NCBI GenBank assembly: GCA_036478775.1
Contig: JAZGEQ010000048.1
Span: 19,112 to 83,111 of the forward strand
Reading direction: 5' to 3'
Length of the DNA stretch: 64,000 nt
Origin: Cellulophaga sp.
GTDB lineage: Bacteria; Bacteroidota; Bacteroidia; Flavobacteriales; Flavobacteriaceae
The translations under genes were made by a program, and so were the position numbers. The notes under the pieces are model-generated. The model did not search any database, was not told where the DNA came from, and saw only the letters and a list, made by a program, of their open reading frames with translations. Below are positions 38,738 through 49,132 of this stretch, piece after piece (position 1 is the stretch's first letter; the number at the start of each line of letters is the position of its first letter).

Positions 38738-39686
38738 TCTTTTTGTTTAGTTGAATTGGGTAAATAATATAATAAAATACAATTAGCGAAAATGAGGCTG
38801 TAATAATAGTTAACGCTAACCATACGGGCATATTGGAATAACGAGTAATAAACCCTTCAATAAACCCGGCAATTATAAAAAAGGGAAAGGTGCTAATAAC
38901 AACTTTTAATCCGTCTTTAGCTCCTTTCATAAAGGAGACGCGCCTAGAGTATGTCTTTGGAAAGAGAATACTATTTCCCATTATAATCCCTGCACATCCT
39001 GCAATTATTATAACGGATATTTCTATAGTACCATGTAACCAAATCTGTTTGTTAGCTTCAAAAAAGACACCCTTTGTGTAAAAGAAAGTTATAAAAGCAC
39101 CAAGCATAACGCCGTTGGTGAACAAGATGTAGATAGTGCCAATACTGGTAATAACACCAAATGCAAAGGCCAAAAAACCTACTCTAATATTGTTTATGGT
39201 AATGCCAAGAAAAGTTCCTATTTCACTGCCACCTTTGTAAATAGCAGTAGGGTCTCCTTTTTCTATATTATTAAGCGTTTCATTAACGTAACCATCTCCT
39301 AGGATTAGCCTTAGAAAAGTGGCATCATTTATAGCGGAGACACAGCCAATAGCAACTGCAAAAGCAAAAATTAAAAATGTAAACCCTAAAGTTTTATGGT
39401 ATTGTTTAAAAAACAAAGGAAATTCTTTTAGCCAAAAAGCAGCTATCTTGTTTTTACTCTCTTTTTTATTTTTATATATTTTTTGATGTGCCTGAGATGC
39501 CAGAGAGTTTAAGTAGAGCAAAGTCTTACTATCTGGGTAATACGTTTGCGCATATGACAAGTCATTGGTTAGCTGAATGTACCCATTTGCAAGTTCATCA
39601 GGAATTATTTTTGAATTTAAATAGATAGCCTTTTCAAAAGCCATCCATTTTTCTTTATTTTGCTTCACAAATGCAGCTTCACGCAT
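38712..39686 (-). CDS. SpoIIM (DUF95) family membrane protein
   Basis: MREAAF, NDLSYAQTYYP, NNIRV, HGTIEIS, AGFIEGF. Confidence 0.9.
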   Translation of the reverse strand: MREAAFVKQNKEKWMAFEKAIYLNSKIIPDELANGYIQLTNDLSYAQTYYPDSKTLLYLNSLASQAHQKIYKNKKESKNKIAAFWLKEFPLFFKQYHKTLGFTFLIFAFAVAIGCVSAINDATFLRLILGDGYVNETLNNIEKGDPTAIYKGGSEIGTFLGITINNIRVGFLAFAFGVITSIGTIYILFTNGVMLGAFITFFYTKGVFFEANKQIWLHGTIEISVIIIAGCAGIIMGNSILFPKTYSRRVSFMKGAKDGLKVVISTFPFFIIAGFIEGFITRYSNMPVWLALTIITASFSLIVFYYIIYPIQLNKKNAEQILRA

Positions 39687-39722
39687 AAATTTATTTACTT
39701 AAACGATAAAAATAATTTAAAT

Positions 39723-40445
39723 ATGTCAAATCTGGTTATCAATACAACGCAAAATGTCAATTTAGATTATAAAGTGGCAAGTATTGGTGAACGAATACTC
39801 GCTTTTTTTATAGATGCATTTATTCTTTACCTCTATGCATTGTTGGTAGAAGTAATTGGCGATGCCATAGCTTTCACTTTTGATGATTATTGGACCTCTA
39901 GAGGAATAGTGGCACTTATATTTTTACCAGCCATGGGCTATAGTTTACTTATGCAAAGTTTTTTTAATGGGCGTACTGTTGGTAAAATGCTTTTAAAAAT
40001 TAGAGTGGTTCGTTTAGATGGAGCTCCAGTTGACTGGTCTAATTATTTGGTAAGATGGATGCTAAGAATAGTAGATATATGGTTGTTTTTTGGTTCTGTA
40101 GGGGTGTTGTCTATTTTGTTCACAGAAAGAAGGCAAAGATTGGGAGATGCAGCTGCTGGAACGGTAGTTGTTAGTACAAAGAACAAAACTAAAATAACGC
40201 ACACCATATTGGAAGAAGTTACGGATGATTACGAACCAACATTTTTGAATGTGACTATTCTAACAGACAAAGATGTACGGTTGATAAAAGAGACATTTTT
40301 GATAGCTAAAAGAGGGGATTATAAAACCCTGAAAGCTCTGCGAAACAAAGTAGAAGGATTGTTAGAAACTACGTCAACACTTTATGATATGGAATATATA
40401 GATACTGTATTAAAAGACTATAATTATTATACTCAAAAACTATAA
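39723..40445 (+). CDS. RDD family membrane protein
   Basis: ASIGERILAFFID, GRTVGK, RQRLGDAAAGTVV; ATG at 39723. Confidence 0.9.
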   Translation: MSNLVINTTQNVNLDYKVASIGERILAFFIDAFILYLYALLVEVIGDAIAFTFDDYWTSRGIVALIFLPAMGYSLLMQSFFNGRTVGKMLLKIRVVRLDGAPVDWSNYLVRWMLRIVDIWLFFGSVGVLSILFTERRQRLGDAAAGTVVVSTKNKTKITHTILEEVTDDYEPTFLNVTILTDKDVRLIKETFLIAKRGDYKTLKALRNKVEGLLETTSTLYDMEYIDTVLKDYNYYTQKL

Positions 40446-40448
40446 CCA

Positions 40449-41063
40449 ATGTTTTATTTTACAATAGATATTCTTGGAACAATAGCTTTTGCAATTTCGG
40501 GAGTTTTAGTCGCAATGGATAAGAAATTAGACCTTTTTGGGGTGTTTATTATTGCCTTTGTGACTTCGGTAGGGGGAGGGACTTTAAGGGATTTAATTGC
40601 AGGACATTCTCCTGTATCTTGGCTACAAGAGCCAGTATATATGTACGTGATTATAGGAACTGTTATTTTTGCAATTCTATTTCAAAAACAGATAAAATAC
40701 CTAAGAACCTCTTTGTTTTTGTTTGATACAATTGGAATAGGACTGTACACTATGCTAGGCGTAGAAAAAGGATTAGCATTTGGGTTGTCTCCAATAATGT
40801 GTATCGCATTAGGAACTATAACGGCATGCTTTGGTGGTGTAATAAGAGATATGTTATGTAATGAAATTCCTGTGATTTTCAGAAGAGAAATCTATGCAAC
40901 AGCTTGTATTTTAGGAGCAACAGCTTATTTTTTATTAGACCAACTCCCTTTTGATGCTACCTACGCATACATAGCGGGAATAGTAATTGTAATAGGTATC
41001 CGTGTTGCAGCGGTTAAGTTTAAAATAGCACTTCCTAGTATTTATAGGAAAAATGAAAGTTGA
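40449..41063 (+). CDS. TRIC/UPF0126 family membrane protein
   Basis: GTIAFAISG, GGGTLRD, DTIGIG, FGGVIRDML. Confidence 0.9.
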   Translation: MFYFTIDILGTIAFAISGVLVAMDKKLDLFGVFIIAFVTSVGGGTLRDLIAGHSPVSWLQEPVYMYVIIGTVIFAILFQKQIKYLRTSLFLFDTIGIGLYTMLGVEKGLAFGLSPIMCIALGTITACFGGVIRDMLCNEIPVIFRREIYATACILGATAYFLLDQLPFDATYAYIAGIVIVIGIRVAAVKFKIALPSIYRKNES

Positions 41064-41151
41064 GAAAGGAAAATAAGAAGACTTTTATGGCCAAGAGACA
41101 AGAGACAAGAATCTGCTCGAGTAGTAATCATACTCGTACATTATTAGTTAA

Positions 41152-41859
41152 CTAATCTACCACTTCCGCTTTAAAAATATAAATATTCTGTGATGGCCAA
41201 TCACCATCATCAACAGGTTGTTGGTTAATTTTATCTACCACATCCATTCCTTTAATTACTTTTCCGAAGGGAGTATAGTTTCCGTCTAAATGGTAAGATC
41301 CTGGCTTTGTAACTACAATAAAAAACTCAAAAGGTGATGCTAGCATATGTGGGTTGTCAATCTCGCTACTCGGCATAGAAAGTGTTCCTCTATGGTGTTT
41401 GTATCCTTTTCTTGTATCTGGAGGAAAAAGGTACCTTCCTATTACTCTTCTTTTTTTAGCTGTTTCTATATTATCGGCATTACCTCCTTGTATTATAAAG
41501 TTTTTGACCACACGATGAAAATAAGTGTTGTCAAAATATCCTTTACGAGTTAGGTAGATAAAATTTGCTTTATGGTAAGGGACATTATCATAAAGTTGCA
41601 CAGTAAAACTACCCAAGTTAGTCGTAAGTTTCACTTTGTTTTTCTTTAAGGTTTTGCTGTAGTTAAAGAAGAATTCGATAACATTATCATCATTAAGTAC
41701 AAAAGGCTCTTCCTCTTTTTCTATTTTTTCGGGAATAGAATCTACCGTGATGGTGTCTTTTTGAGTTTCCGTAGCTATTTTTTTCTTTGCTTCATTTTTA
41801 CAGGCAGCTAAGGAAAATAATAGTATTATTGTATAGAAAGATAATTTTTTAAGTATCAT
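41152..41859 (-). CDS. Cyclophilin-type peptidyl-prolyl isomerase lipoprotein
   Basis: Lipobox LAAC; FHRVVKNFIIQGG, HLDGNYTPFGKV. Confidence 0.9.
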   Translation of the reverse strand: MILKKLSFYTIILLFSLAACKNEAKKKIATETQKDTITVDSIPEKIEKEEEPFVLNDDNVIEFFFNYSKTLKKNKVKLTTNLGSFTVQLYDNVPYHKANFIYLTRKGYFDNTYFHRVVKNFIIQGGNADNIETAKKRRVIGRYLFPPDTRKGYKHHRGTLSMPSSEIDNPHMLASPFEFFIVVTKPGSYHLDGNYTPFGKVIKGMDVVDKINQQPVDDGDWPSQNIYIFKAEVVD

Positions 41860-42499
41860 GTATTTCAATCAATTTTCTGAACGAATTTCAAAAATAGAAA
41901 ATCTCTCGCTTCCGGGCATTGCATCGCATTATAAAATGATACCAATAAATCGGATTAAGGAATTGGAGTCAGATTCCAAAACACGAAAAAATGTGAGGAA
42001 GGCTGCGGTAGTGGCATTATTTTATCCAGATGAAAATCTAAAAACGAAGTTGCTTCTTATTTTACGAAAAACGTATAAAGGAGTACATTCTAACCAAATT
42101 GGTTTTCCAGGAGGTAAAGTAGAAGACGAAGATTTCGATTTAAAGGCTACAGCACTAAGAGAAACATGGGAAGAAGTTGGTGTAGCATCAGAATATATTA
42201 GTTTGGTAAAAACTTTAACATCAGTTTATATTCCACCTAGTAATTTTGAAGTCCAGCCTTATATAGGCATTTGTAATCGAGAATTGCAATTTACAATTCA
42301 AGAAGAAGAAGTAGCATCTTTAGTTGAGGTTTTTGTGACAGATTTAATGAATGATGAAAATAGAAATACCCAAAAAATGAATACTTCTTATGCTACAGAA
42401 ATAGATGTACCAATCTTTAAATTAAATGGTTATACGGTTTGGGGAGCTACAGCAATGATGTTGAATGAAATTAAAGACCTACTTAAACAGTTGTTATAA
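41858..42499 (+). CDS. NUDIX CoA pyrophosphatase-like hydrolase
   Basis: HSNQIGFPGG, ALRETWEEVG Nudix box, WGATAM. Confidence 0.92.
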   Translation: MYFNQFSERISKIENLSLPGIASHYKMIPINRIKELESDSKTRKNVRKAAVVALFYPDENLKTKLLLILRKTYKGVHSNQIGFPGGKVEDEDFDLKATALRETWEEVGVASEYISLVKTLTSVYIPPSNFEVQPYIGICNRELQFTIQEEEVASLVEVFVTDLMNDENRNTQKMNTSYATEIDVPIFKLNGYTVWGATAMMLNEIKDLLKQLL

Positions 42500-42539
42500 G
42501 GTTCATATTTTGTAATTTTGAATCTACTTTAAAAAAATT

Positions 42540-43343
42540 ATGGGGCTATTAAAGAGGAATCCTTTTGGACATATTTTAATTATCAAAAAAATACTTATTC
42601 GTTTTTTGGGTATAATAACACACCAACGCTATAAGGGATTTAATAAATTAGAAATTGAAGGATCCGAAATTCTTCGAAATTTACCAGATAATAATGTTCT
42701 TTTTGTTAGTAATCACCAAACCTATTTTGCAGATGTAGTCGCAATGTTTCATGTGTTTAATGCAAGCTTAAGCGGAAGAGAAGATAACATAAAAAATATT
42801 GGATACATCTGGCATCCAAAGTTGAATATGTATTATATAGCCGCGGCAGAAACAATGAAGAAAAGTCTGCTAACAAAGATATTTGCCTATGCGGGATCTA
42901 TTAGTATACAAAGAACATGGCGTTCTGAAGGTAAGGATGTTAAAAGGCAGGTTAAATTTAGTGATATTTCTAATATAGGGATTGCCTTAGATGATGGTTG
43001 GGTAATAACCTTTCCTCAGGGAACTACAACACCATGGAAACCGTTAAGAAAAGGGACTTCCCATATTGTGAAAAAGTACAAGCCAATTGTTGTGCCAGTA
43101 GTAATAGATGGTTTTAGACGTTCTTTTGATAAAAAAGGGCTTCGTATAAAAAAGAAAGGTATTTTACAATCTATGGTTATTAAAGAGCCGTTGGATATTG
43201 ATTATGAGAACGAGTCTTTTGATGAAATCATAAAGAAAATAGAGTTCGCAATAGAACAACACCCTTCCTTTTTGAAAGTGATTTCTAAGAAAGATTTAAT
43301 AGCTATGGAAGAGGAGAATAAACAACGCGAATGGGGTGCCTAA
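42540..43343 (+). CDS. Lysophospholipid acyltransferase (PlsC-like)
   Basis: SNHQTYFAD (HxxxxD), TFPQGTT. Confidence 0.9.
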   Translation: MGLLKRNPFGHILIIKKILIRFLGIITHQRYKGFNKLEIEGSEILRNLPDNNVLFVSNHQTYFADVVAMFHVFNASLSGREDNIKNIGYIWHPKLNMYYIAAAETMKKSLLTKIFAYAGSISIQRTWRSEGKDVKRQVKFSDISNIGIALDDGWVITFPQGTTTPWKPLRKGTSHIVKKYKPIVVPVVIDGFRRSFDKKGLRIKKKGILQSMVIKEPLDIDYENESFDEIIKKIEFAIEQHPSFLKVISKKDLIAMEEENKQREWGA

Positions 43344-43352
43344 TTCTATTTT

Positions 43353-44006
43353 TTATACTTTAAGTTGTTTTAATTCTTTATAGTTTTCGTTAAGCCTTTT
43401 AAGTAAAACACCATAAATAAGTTTGTAGAAGAACCATATAAATGCAAGCATTAATACGGTAACTAGCAGAAAGAATACAGCGGCTAATAGCCAGAATTTA
43501 AATTCCGAATTATCATTCTTTATGGTATTAAGTAACTCTATAGCTTTAGGGTCACTAGTAAATATTTGGTAGAAAGCAAACAACACAGAAACTGCAGCAA
43601 TTCCCAAATTACAAATGACATAGTATTTTATAATTTTTCTGGTTTTCAGAATATTTTTCATTAATTCTCTTACGCTATCTTCTGTAGAAATTGCTTTGTA
43701 AGATTTGTATAGGTAAAAGATGAAAACGGCAATTATAACAAAGGTAACTGTAGTTATTATTGAAAGAATAATACCGCTACCTCCAGATTCCATTTCTCCA
43801 AAGCGTTCCTTGTAGGCGTCCCAGAAAAATGGGGCAATATTCAAAATTATCCAGAAGAGTAATTCTCCAATGCTAATGTAGAATAGCCATTTTACCACAG
43901 AAGAGGATTTCTTCCAAATCATTTGGTAAATCTCGTTGTAAGACAATTTAGGAATAGTATCTCCTTTTTTTTGCCAATCTTTTTTTAATAATTCTAATCC
44001 ATCCAT
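43353..44006 (-). CDS. Membrane protein, probable anti-sigma factor
   Basis: Directly follows the ECF sigma gene; short cytoplasmic N-terminus (LELLKKDW) then about four TM segments. Confidence 0.65.
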   Translation of the reverse strand: MDGLELLKKDWQKKGDTIPKLSYNEIYQMIWKKSSSVVKWLFYISIGELLFWIILNIAPFFWDAYKERFGEMESGGSGIILSIITTVTFVIIAVFIFYLYKSYKAISTEDSVRELMKNILKTRKIIKYYVICNLGIAAVSVLFAFYQIFTSDPKAIELLNTIKNDNSEFKFWLLAAVFFLLVTVLMLAFIWFFYKLIYGVLLKRLNENYKELKQLKV

Positions 44007-44012
44007 AATTTC

Positions 44013-44507
44013 TTAGGGATTAAGTATCGTTCTTAGTTTGTTTTTTATACGGTTCATTTTTACTCTGGCATTTACTTCTGTAATACCAAGAGTTTCTGCT
44101 ATTTCCGTATAATTTTTATCTTCTAAATATAAAAAGACTAAAGCCTTATCTATATCGCCAAGCTGTTTTACAGCTTTGTACATTAGTTTTAATTGTTGTT
44201 CCTCCGTTTCGTCATATTCGTCGGCTTTTATTTTGAAAATTACAGAATCAAAATCTTGGGTACGAACTCTCCTTTTAGATTTTCTATAGAGAGTTATAGC
44301 AGTATTTAGTGCCACTCTATACATCCAAGTGCTAAATTTGGCATCTCCACGGAACTTTGGGTATGCCTTCCATAACTGAATGGTTATTTCTTGAAACAGG
44401 TCTTTATGTGCATCCCTATTATTTGTATAAAGGCTACAGACTTTGTGAACAATGTTTTGATTGTTTTCTAATTCTGTTACAAAACTATGCTCTAGCTCTT
44501 TATTCAC
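44013..44507 (-). CDS. ECF RNA polymerase sigma factor
   Basis: DLFQEI, FSTWMYRVALN (region 2), YTEIAETLGIT..NARVKMNR (region 4); GTG start. Confidence 0.93.
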   Translation of the reverse strand: MNKELEHSFVTELENNQNIVHKVCSLYTNNRDAHKDLFQEITIQLWKAYPKFRGDAKFSTWMYRVALNTAITLYRKSKRRVRTQDFDSVIFKIKADEYDETEEQQLKLMYKAVKQLGDIDKALVFLYLEDKNYTEIAETLGITEVNARVKMNRIKNKLRTILNP

Positions 44508-44530
44508 GTATTTAATAAGGTTGGTTACTA

Positions 44531-44560
44531 ATAAGTAGCAATTGTTACTTATTTGTTACA
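44531..44560 (-). promoter_or_regulatory. Putative ECF promoter TGTAACAAAT-N11-GCTACTTAT
   Basis: The same motif with the same spacing occurs at 60331-60360. Confidence 0.65.
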
Positions 44561-44687
44561 GTATTTCTAAAAAATAATGCGCTTAAATGGATTTGAAAAC
44601 TGTGTGATTTTAAAATTAAATGTGCAAGTATCTTAATTTAAATGAAATACAATAATTATAAAATAAAAAAATGTTTAAAGTTGATTT

Positions 44688-46112
44688 CTAATTTCTATAC
44701 TCTAAGGCAGGAGCTCTATCTCCTAACAAAGGAATGTATTTGAAATTTGCACCACGAATTTCTAAAAATTCGGCTTTAGCTTTTGCAATCAAATCTTTGT
44801 TTTTTAATAAGTCTATGGCCGTAAGCGCAATTGTTTTTGCCGCAACCATCATTCCTTTATTTCCAATACTAGTTCCGCCTGCAGCAACTGCTTGCCAGCT
44901 ATGTGCGGGAGTTCCAGGAACCCATGTGGCAGCACTCATGCCAACAGTAGGAACTGCAAAACTAACATCACCTACATCCGTAGAGCCAAAAGCTTTACCT
45001 ATAGGATTGTAAGGTTGAATACTTTCTACTCTTTGGATATCAACGTCAGTATACCCAAGTGAAACTGCAATTTTGTCGGCAAATTCTTTTTCTTGTGCGG
45101 TGTATGTAAATCCGCCAATTTTAGAAAGATTCTCATGCATTAATTTTTGGAGCGTTAAATTAGGTAGTAATTCATGTGTGCCACCAATCATTTCGTATTT
45201 CATCGTTGTTCCTGTCCCAAGCGCCGCACCTTTTGCAGCATTTACGATACGGTCAAAAATAGAAATAACAACATCTCTAGTATTGTGACGTGCATAATAA
45301 TATACTTCGGCGTAGTCTGGTACAACATTAGGTGCCTTTCCACCATCTGTAATAACATAATGTATTCTTGCTTCTTCAGGAATATGTTCTCGCATCATGT
45401 TTATCATCATATTCATGGATTCAACACCATCTAAAGCCGAGCGTCCTTTTTCTGGGGAAGCAGCGGCATGAGCAGAGATACCATAAAACCTAAATTTGGC
45501 AGATTTGTTAGCCAGAGCAGCGCCAGCATTTGCAGAATTCTGAGCGCCAGGATGCCAATGTAAAGCAACATCTACATCGTTAAAAAGACCTTCGCGAACT
45601 AAATAAACTTTACCAGAACCACCTTCCTCTGCAGGGCAACCGAAAAAACGAATCGTTCCCGTAGTTTTATTGGCTTTCATCCAATCTTTTGCGGCGATTG
45701 CGGCAGCTACGGATGCAGTACCGAATAAATGATGTCCGCAGGCATGTCCCGCTACTTTGTTAGCCGATTTTTTCTCAGGAACTGCCTGTTGCGAAAGTCC
45801 AGGAAGCGCATCGTATTCACCCATAATTGCTATGACAGGACTACCGTTGCCGTATTCCGCAATAAATGCAGTAGGCATACCAGCAACGCCTTTATTGATA
45901 GAAAAACCATTATCACTCAGTGTTTTTTGAAGTAAGGCAACTGTTTTTTCTTCCTGATAGCCCATCTCGGCCAAATTCCAAATGTTTTGTGCAATTACTC
46001 CGTAAGCAGCACTTTTATTATCCAAACTTTTAAGAACATCCTTATTACTTTTCTGTGCAGTAGAATTTAAATAAAAGAGAATAGAAAATAGAATTATTAG
46101 TGGTTTCTTCAT
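44688..46112 (-). CDS. M20 family amidohydrolase (AbgB-like), exported
   Basis: GEYDALPG, GHACGHHLFG, PAEEGGSG, GSTDVGDVS. Confidence 0.9.
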   Translation of the reverse strand: MKKPLIILFSILFYLNSTAQKSNKDVLKSLDNKSAAYGVIAQNIWNLAEMGYQEEKTVALLQKTLSDNGFSINKGVAGMPTAFIAEYGNGSPVIAIMGEYDALPGLSQQAVPEKKSANKVAGHACGHHLFGTASVAAAIAAKDWMKANKTTGTIRFFGCPAEEGGSGKVYLVREGLFNDVDVALHWHPGAQNSANAGAALANKSAKFRFYGISAHAAASPEKGRSALDGVESMNMMINMMREHIPEEARIHYVITDGGKAPNVVPDYAEVYYYARHNTRDVVISIFDRIVNAAKGAALGTGTTMKYEMIGGTHELLPNLTLQKLMHENLSKIGGFTYTAQEKEFADKIAVSLGYTDVDIQRVESIQPYNPIGKAFGSTDVGDVSFAVPTVGMSAATWVPGTPAHSWQAVAAGGTSIGNKGMMVAAKTIALTAIDLLKNKDLIAKAKAEFLEIRGANFKYIPLLGDRAPALEYRN

Positions 46113-46178
46113 GGTTGATTCATTTATTATGTTGTCTGCTAAAGGTACTAAAAAGTGACAGTATTAAATTTCGAAATT

Positions 46179-47078
46179 TTAGGATTTTCTAGGATGAAAT
46201 TTTTGCAGAACATTAGCTAAGTCAGAACGGTCTAAATGCATATAAACCTCTGTGGTAGTAATGCTTTCATGACCTAGCATTTGCTGAATAGCCCTAAGGT
46301 CTGCACCATTTTTTAATAAGTGAGTAGCGAAAGAATGCCGAAACGTATGGGGGCTAATATTTTTATTTAAATCAATTTTCACAGCCAATTGCTTAATAAT
46401 AGTGAAAATCATTGCTCTTGTTAGTTGTTTGCCCCTTCTGTTTAGGAATAGCGTATCTTGAAATCCTTTCTGTATTTTTAAATGACACCGAGATTCATTT
46501 TTATAAATAGTAATGTACTTTTTATTAATAGTGCTAATCGGTACCAAACGTTGCTTATCTCCTTTACCTTCGACTAAAATAAAATCTTCCTCAAAATAAA
46601 GGTTTGAAATCTTTAAATCAACAAGTTCAGATACCCTAAGTCCACAACCATAAAGAGTTTCTAACATAGCCCTATTTCGTTCCCCTTCTTGGGTAGATAA
46701 GTCAATTGCATCTATTAGATTGTTTATTTCTTCTTCAGATAAAGTATCCGGTAGCTTGCGTCCAATTTTAGGAGATTCTACCAAATCCATCGGATTGTCT
46801 TCTCTATAATTTTCGAAAACAAGGTAATTAAAAAAACTTTTTAGTCCAGAAATAATACGTGCTTGTGATCTTGGGTTGATCGATTTAGCAATAGAATATA
46901 TAAATTGTTGTACGCTGCCTTTATTAATGTTCAGAGGTGTTTCTGTTGAGTTGCATTCTTCCAAGAACAGAATTAATTTTTTTACATCTAAAGAGTAATT
47001 TTGAATAGAATTAGGAGAAAGTCCTCGCTCAATATTTAGGTAATGCTGGTAATCTTGCAAGCTCTGTTTCCAATTCAT
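46179..47078 (-). CDS. xerD: Site-specific tyrosine recombinase XerD
   Basis: LYGCGLRVSEL, GKGDKQRLVP, HTFRHSFATH, LGHESITTTEVY; no island context. Confidence 0.88.
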   Translation of the reverse strand: MNWKQSLQDYQHYLNIERGLSPNSIQNYSLDVKKLILFLEECNSTETPLNINKGSVQQFIYSIAKSINPRSQARIISGLKSFFNYLVFENYREDNPMDLVESPKIGRKLPDTLSEEEINNLIDAIDLSTQEGERNRAMLETLYGCGLRVSELVDLKISNLYFEEDFILVEGKGDKQRLVPISTINKKYITIYKNESRCHLKIQKGFQDTLFLNRRGKQLTRAMIFTIIKQLAVKIDLNKNISPHTFRHSFATHLLKNGADLRAIQQMLGHESITTTEVYMHLDRSDLANVLQKFHPRKS

Positions 47079-47185
47079 GGTTTAAAGATAGACTAATGAT
47101 GTTTATTTTAAAATAGAATTCATTGAGATAAAAAGGAGTTGGATAAAGTTTTTTATATTTGAAAAACACTAAAATTATATTAATT

Positions 47186-47779
47186 ATGAAAAAATTACTT
47201 TTTATTGCTGTTATAACATTTTTTACTTCGGCAACTTTAAGTGCGCAAGGAGTTAAATTTGGAATAACAGGCGGTTTACTTAATACTAATGCAGATATAA
47301 GTATTTCTGCTTTGGGTTTCGATATTGCTAATTTTAAAGTAGCAAAAGGAACGGGCTTTTATATTGGAGCTATAGTAGATATAGAAGCAACAGATAAATT
47401 GCATATTCAACCAGAAGTTACTTATGGTAGTGCAGGAGATTTGGCCTACGTATATGTTCCAATAATGTTAAAATACTATGTGGTTAGTAAGTTAAACATT
47501 CAGGTAGGGCCACAGTTTACTTTTTCTTCTAATTTATCTGAAATAAAAGGAGCAATTAAAGATATTGAAGGAGTTTTAGGCTCTAACGGAAATGTTGATG
47601 ATGTGCTTAAAAGTTTGGGTGTAGATATAGGTTTTGGTGCAGGTTTCGATATTACGGATAATTTTTCTGTACAAGCCAGATATGCTATAGAGATGACGAA
47701 TAGATATTCAGGACCATTGTCTAATTCACTTAAAATAAAATCATCTACCTTAAATATTGGTATCGCTTACTTCTTCTAA
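47186..47779 (+). CDS. Outer membrane beta-barrel (porin family) protein
   Basis: Signal peptide, KFGITGG, IQPEV, GPQF and terminal Phe; TATATTTG promoter at 47154-47161. Confidence 0.85.
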   Translation: MKKLLFIAVITFFTSATLSAQGVKFGITGGLLNTNADISISALGFDIANFKVAKGTGFYIGAIVDIEATDKLHIQPEVTYGSAGDLAYVYVPIMLKYYVVSKLNIQVGPQFTFSSNLSEIKGAIKDIEGVLGSNGNVDDVLKSLGVDIGFGAGFDITDNFSVQARYAIEMTNRYSGPLSNSLKIKSSTLNIGIAYFF

Positions 47780-47802
47780 AAAAAATGAATTTATAAAATA
47801 GT

Positions 47803-47839
47803 AAAGTGAGATTTCCGCATTTGGATTTCTCACTTTTTT
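47803..47839 (+). terminator. Intrinsic terminator
   Basis: AAAGTGAGA...TCTCACTTT plus T run. Confidence 0.75.
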
Positions 47840-47988
47840 ATGGGATGAAATGATATAATTCGGAGAATCAATAATATTAATAACGAAAAGAAGATTCTAC
47901 AACCTATTCCTTTAGTTATACAACAAAAATTGTGGATGAAGCTATAGAGTATCTAGTTTTGATAAGATAATATTAAAACTAAACTACA

Positions 47989-48498
47989 ATGAAAAAGTAC
48001 ATTTTAACGCTAGCCTTTGCCATATTCGCTTTTGCTTTACAAGCTCAAGAAGGGATTAAACTAGGGCTACAAGGAGGATTACCACTAGATGAATTTAATG
48101 ATACAGTAGGCGTTGTTCTTGGCGTAGATGCTGGTTATATGTGGGCGCTGGGAGAAGTTGTAGATCTTGGCGTAATGACAGGATTTATTAATGGGTTTCC
48201 AGAAAAGTATAACACAAAACAAGTGGTTAATACCAATCCAAATGTACAGTTTGTACCAGTTGCGGCATCTGTAAGAGTGTGGCTTTCTAATTCTTTTTCC
48301 TTTGGAGTAGATGGAGGAAAGGCCTTTGGTATAAATAAAGGTAATGATGGAGGTATTTATTACAGACCTGTTATGGGATATTTATTAGGGCCAAATACAG
48401 AATTGAATGTTTCCTATACAGGAGTTAAATTGGATAATGTTACTTGGACAACGGCTACTATTGGTGTGGTGTATACGATTAACATGCGAAAATTATAA
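47989..48498 (+). CDS. Small outer membrane beta-barrel protein
   Basis: Signal peptide; alternating beta-strand pattern; GGIYYRP motif. Confidence 0.75.
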   Translation: MKKYILTLAFAIFAFALQAQEGIKLGLQGGLPLDEFNDTVGVVLGVDAGYMWALGEVVDLGVMTGFINGFPEKYNTKQVVNTNPNVQFVPVAASVRVWLSNSFSFGVDGGKAFGINKGNDGGIYYRPVMGYLLGPNTELNVSYTGVKLDNVTWTTATIGVVYTINMRKL

Positions 48499-48591
48499 CA
48501 AATAGTTAAAAAACCATTAAAATTCATCAAACAATACTACAGAATGTTACTAATGTATAGATTTTGATGAACAATTTGTTATTTTTGAATT

Positions 48592-49008
48592 ATGAAAATT
48601 ATCATTATTAACGGACCAAACCTAAACCTTCTTGGTAAGAGAGAGCCAACAGTATATGGAAATACAACTTTTGAGGAGTACTTCTCAGAATTGAAATCCA
48701 AATACACAAATGTTGAGTTGTCGTATTACCAATCCAATATTGAAGGTGAATTAATTGATAAACTACAAGAAGTTGGATTTTTATATGACGGAATTATTTT
48801 GAATGCAGCAGCATACACACATACCTCTGTTGGGATGGGAGATGCTGTAAAGGCTATTAATACCCCAGTAATAGAGGTGCATATTTCTAATACGTTTAAA
48901 AGAGAAGATTTTAGACACGTTTCTTATATTTCAGATGGTGCCGCAGGCGTCATTTTAGGATTTGGCTTAAAAAGTTATGATTTAGCGATTCAAAGTTTTA
49001 TAAGTTAA
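48592..49008 (+). CDS. aroQ: Type II 3-dehydroquinate dehydratase
   Basis: INGPNLNLLGKREP.VYG, QSNIEG, NAAAYTHTS, EVHISN. Confidence 0.97.
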   Translation: MKIIIINGPNLNLLGKREPTVYGNTTFEEYFSELKSKYTNVELSYYQSNIEGELIDKLQEVGFLYDGIILNAAAYTHTSVGMGDAVKAINTPVIEVHISNTFKREDFRHVSYISDGAAGVILGFGLKSYDLAIQSFIS

Positions 49009-49132
49009 CTTAAAATCTTTGTGGATTAAAAGAATCTTTTAAGTAGTATAAAAAGGTTAGATTTAATAAGCAAAGATTGCATAGGATTATTGAAAATGTA
49101 AAATAATCTTATGAAAAATCCTCAAAAGTTTC

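Noticed and set aside
46179-47078. Tyrosine recombinase as an island integrase
   Set aside because: Sequence and the xerD-porin-aroQ context fit the housekeeping XerD; no att repeats seen
47919-47950. Third copy of the ECF promoter motif
   Set aside because: Only 7/10 in the -35 part, wrong spacing and a poor -10 match
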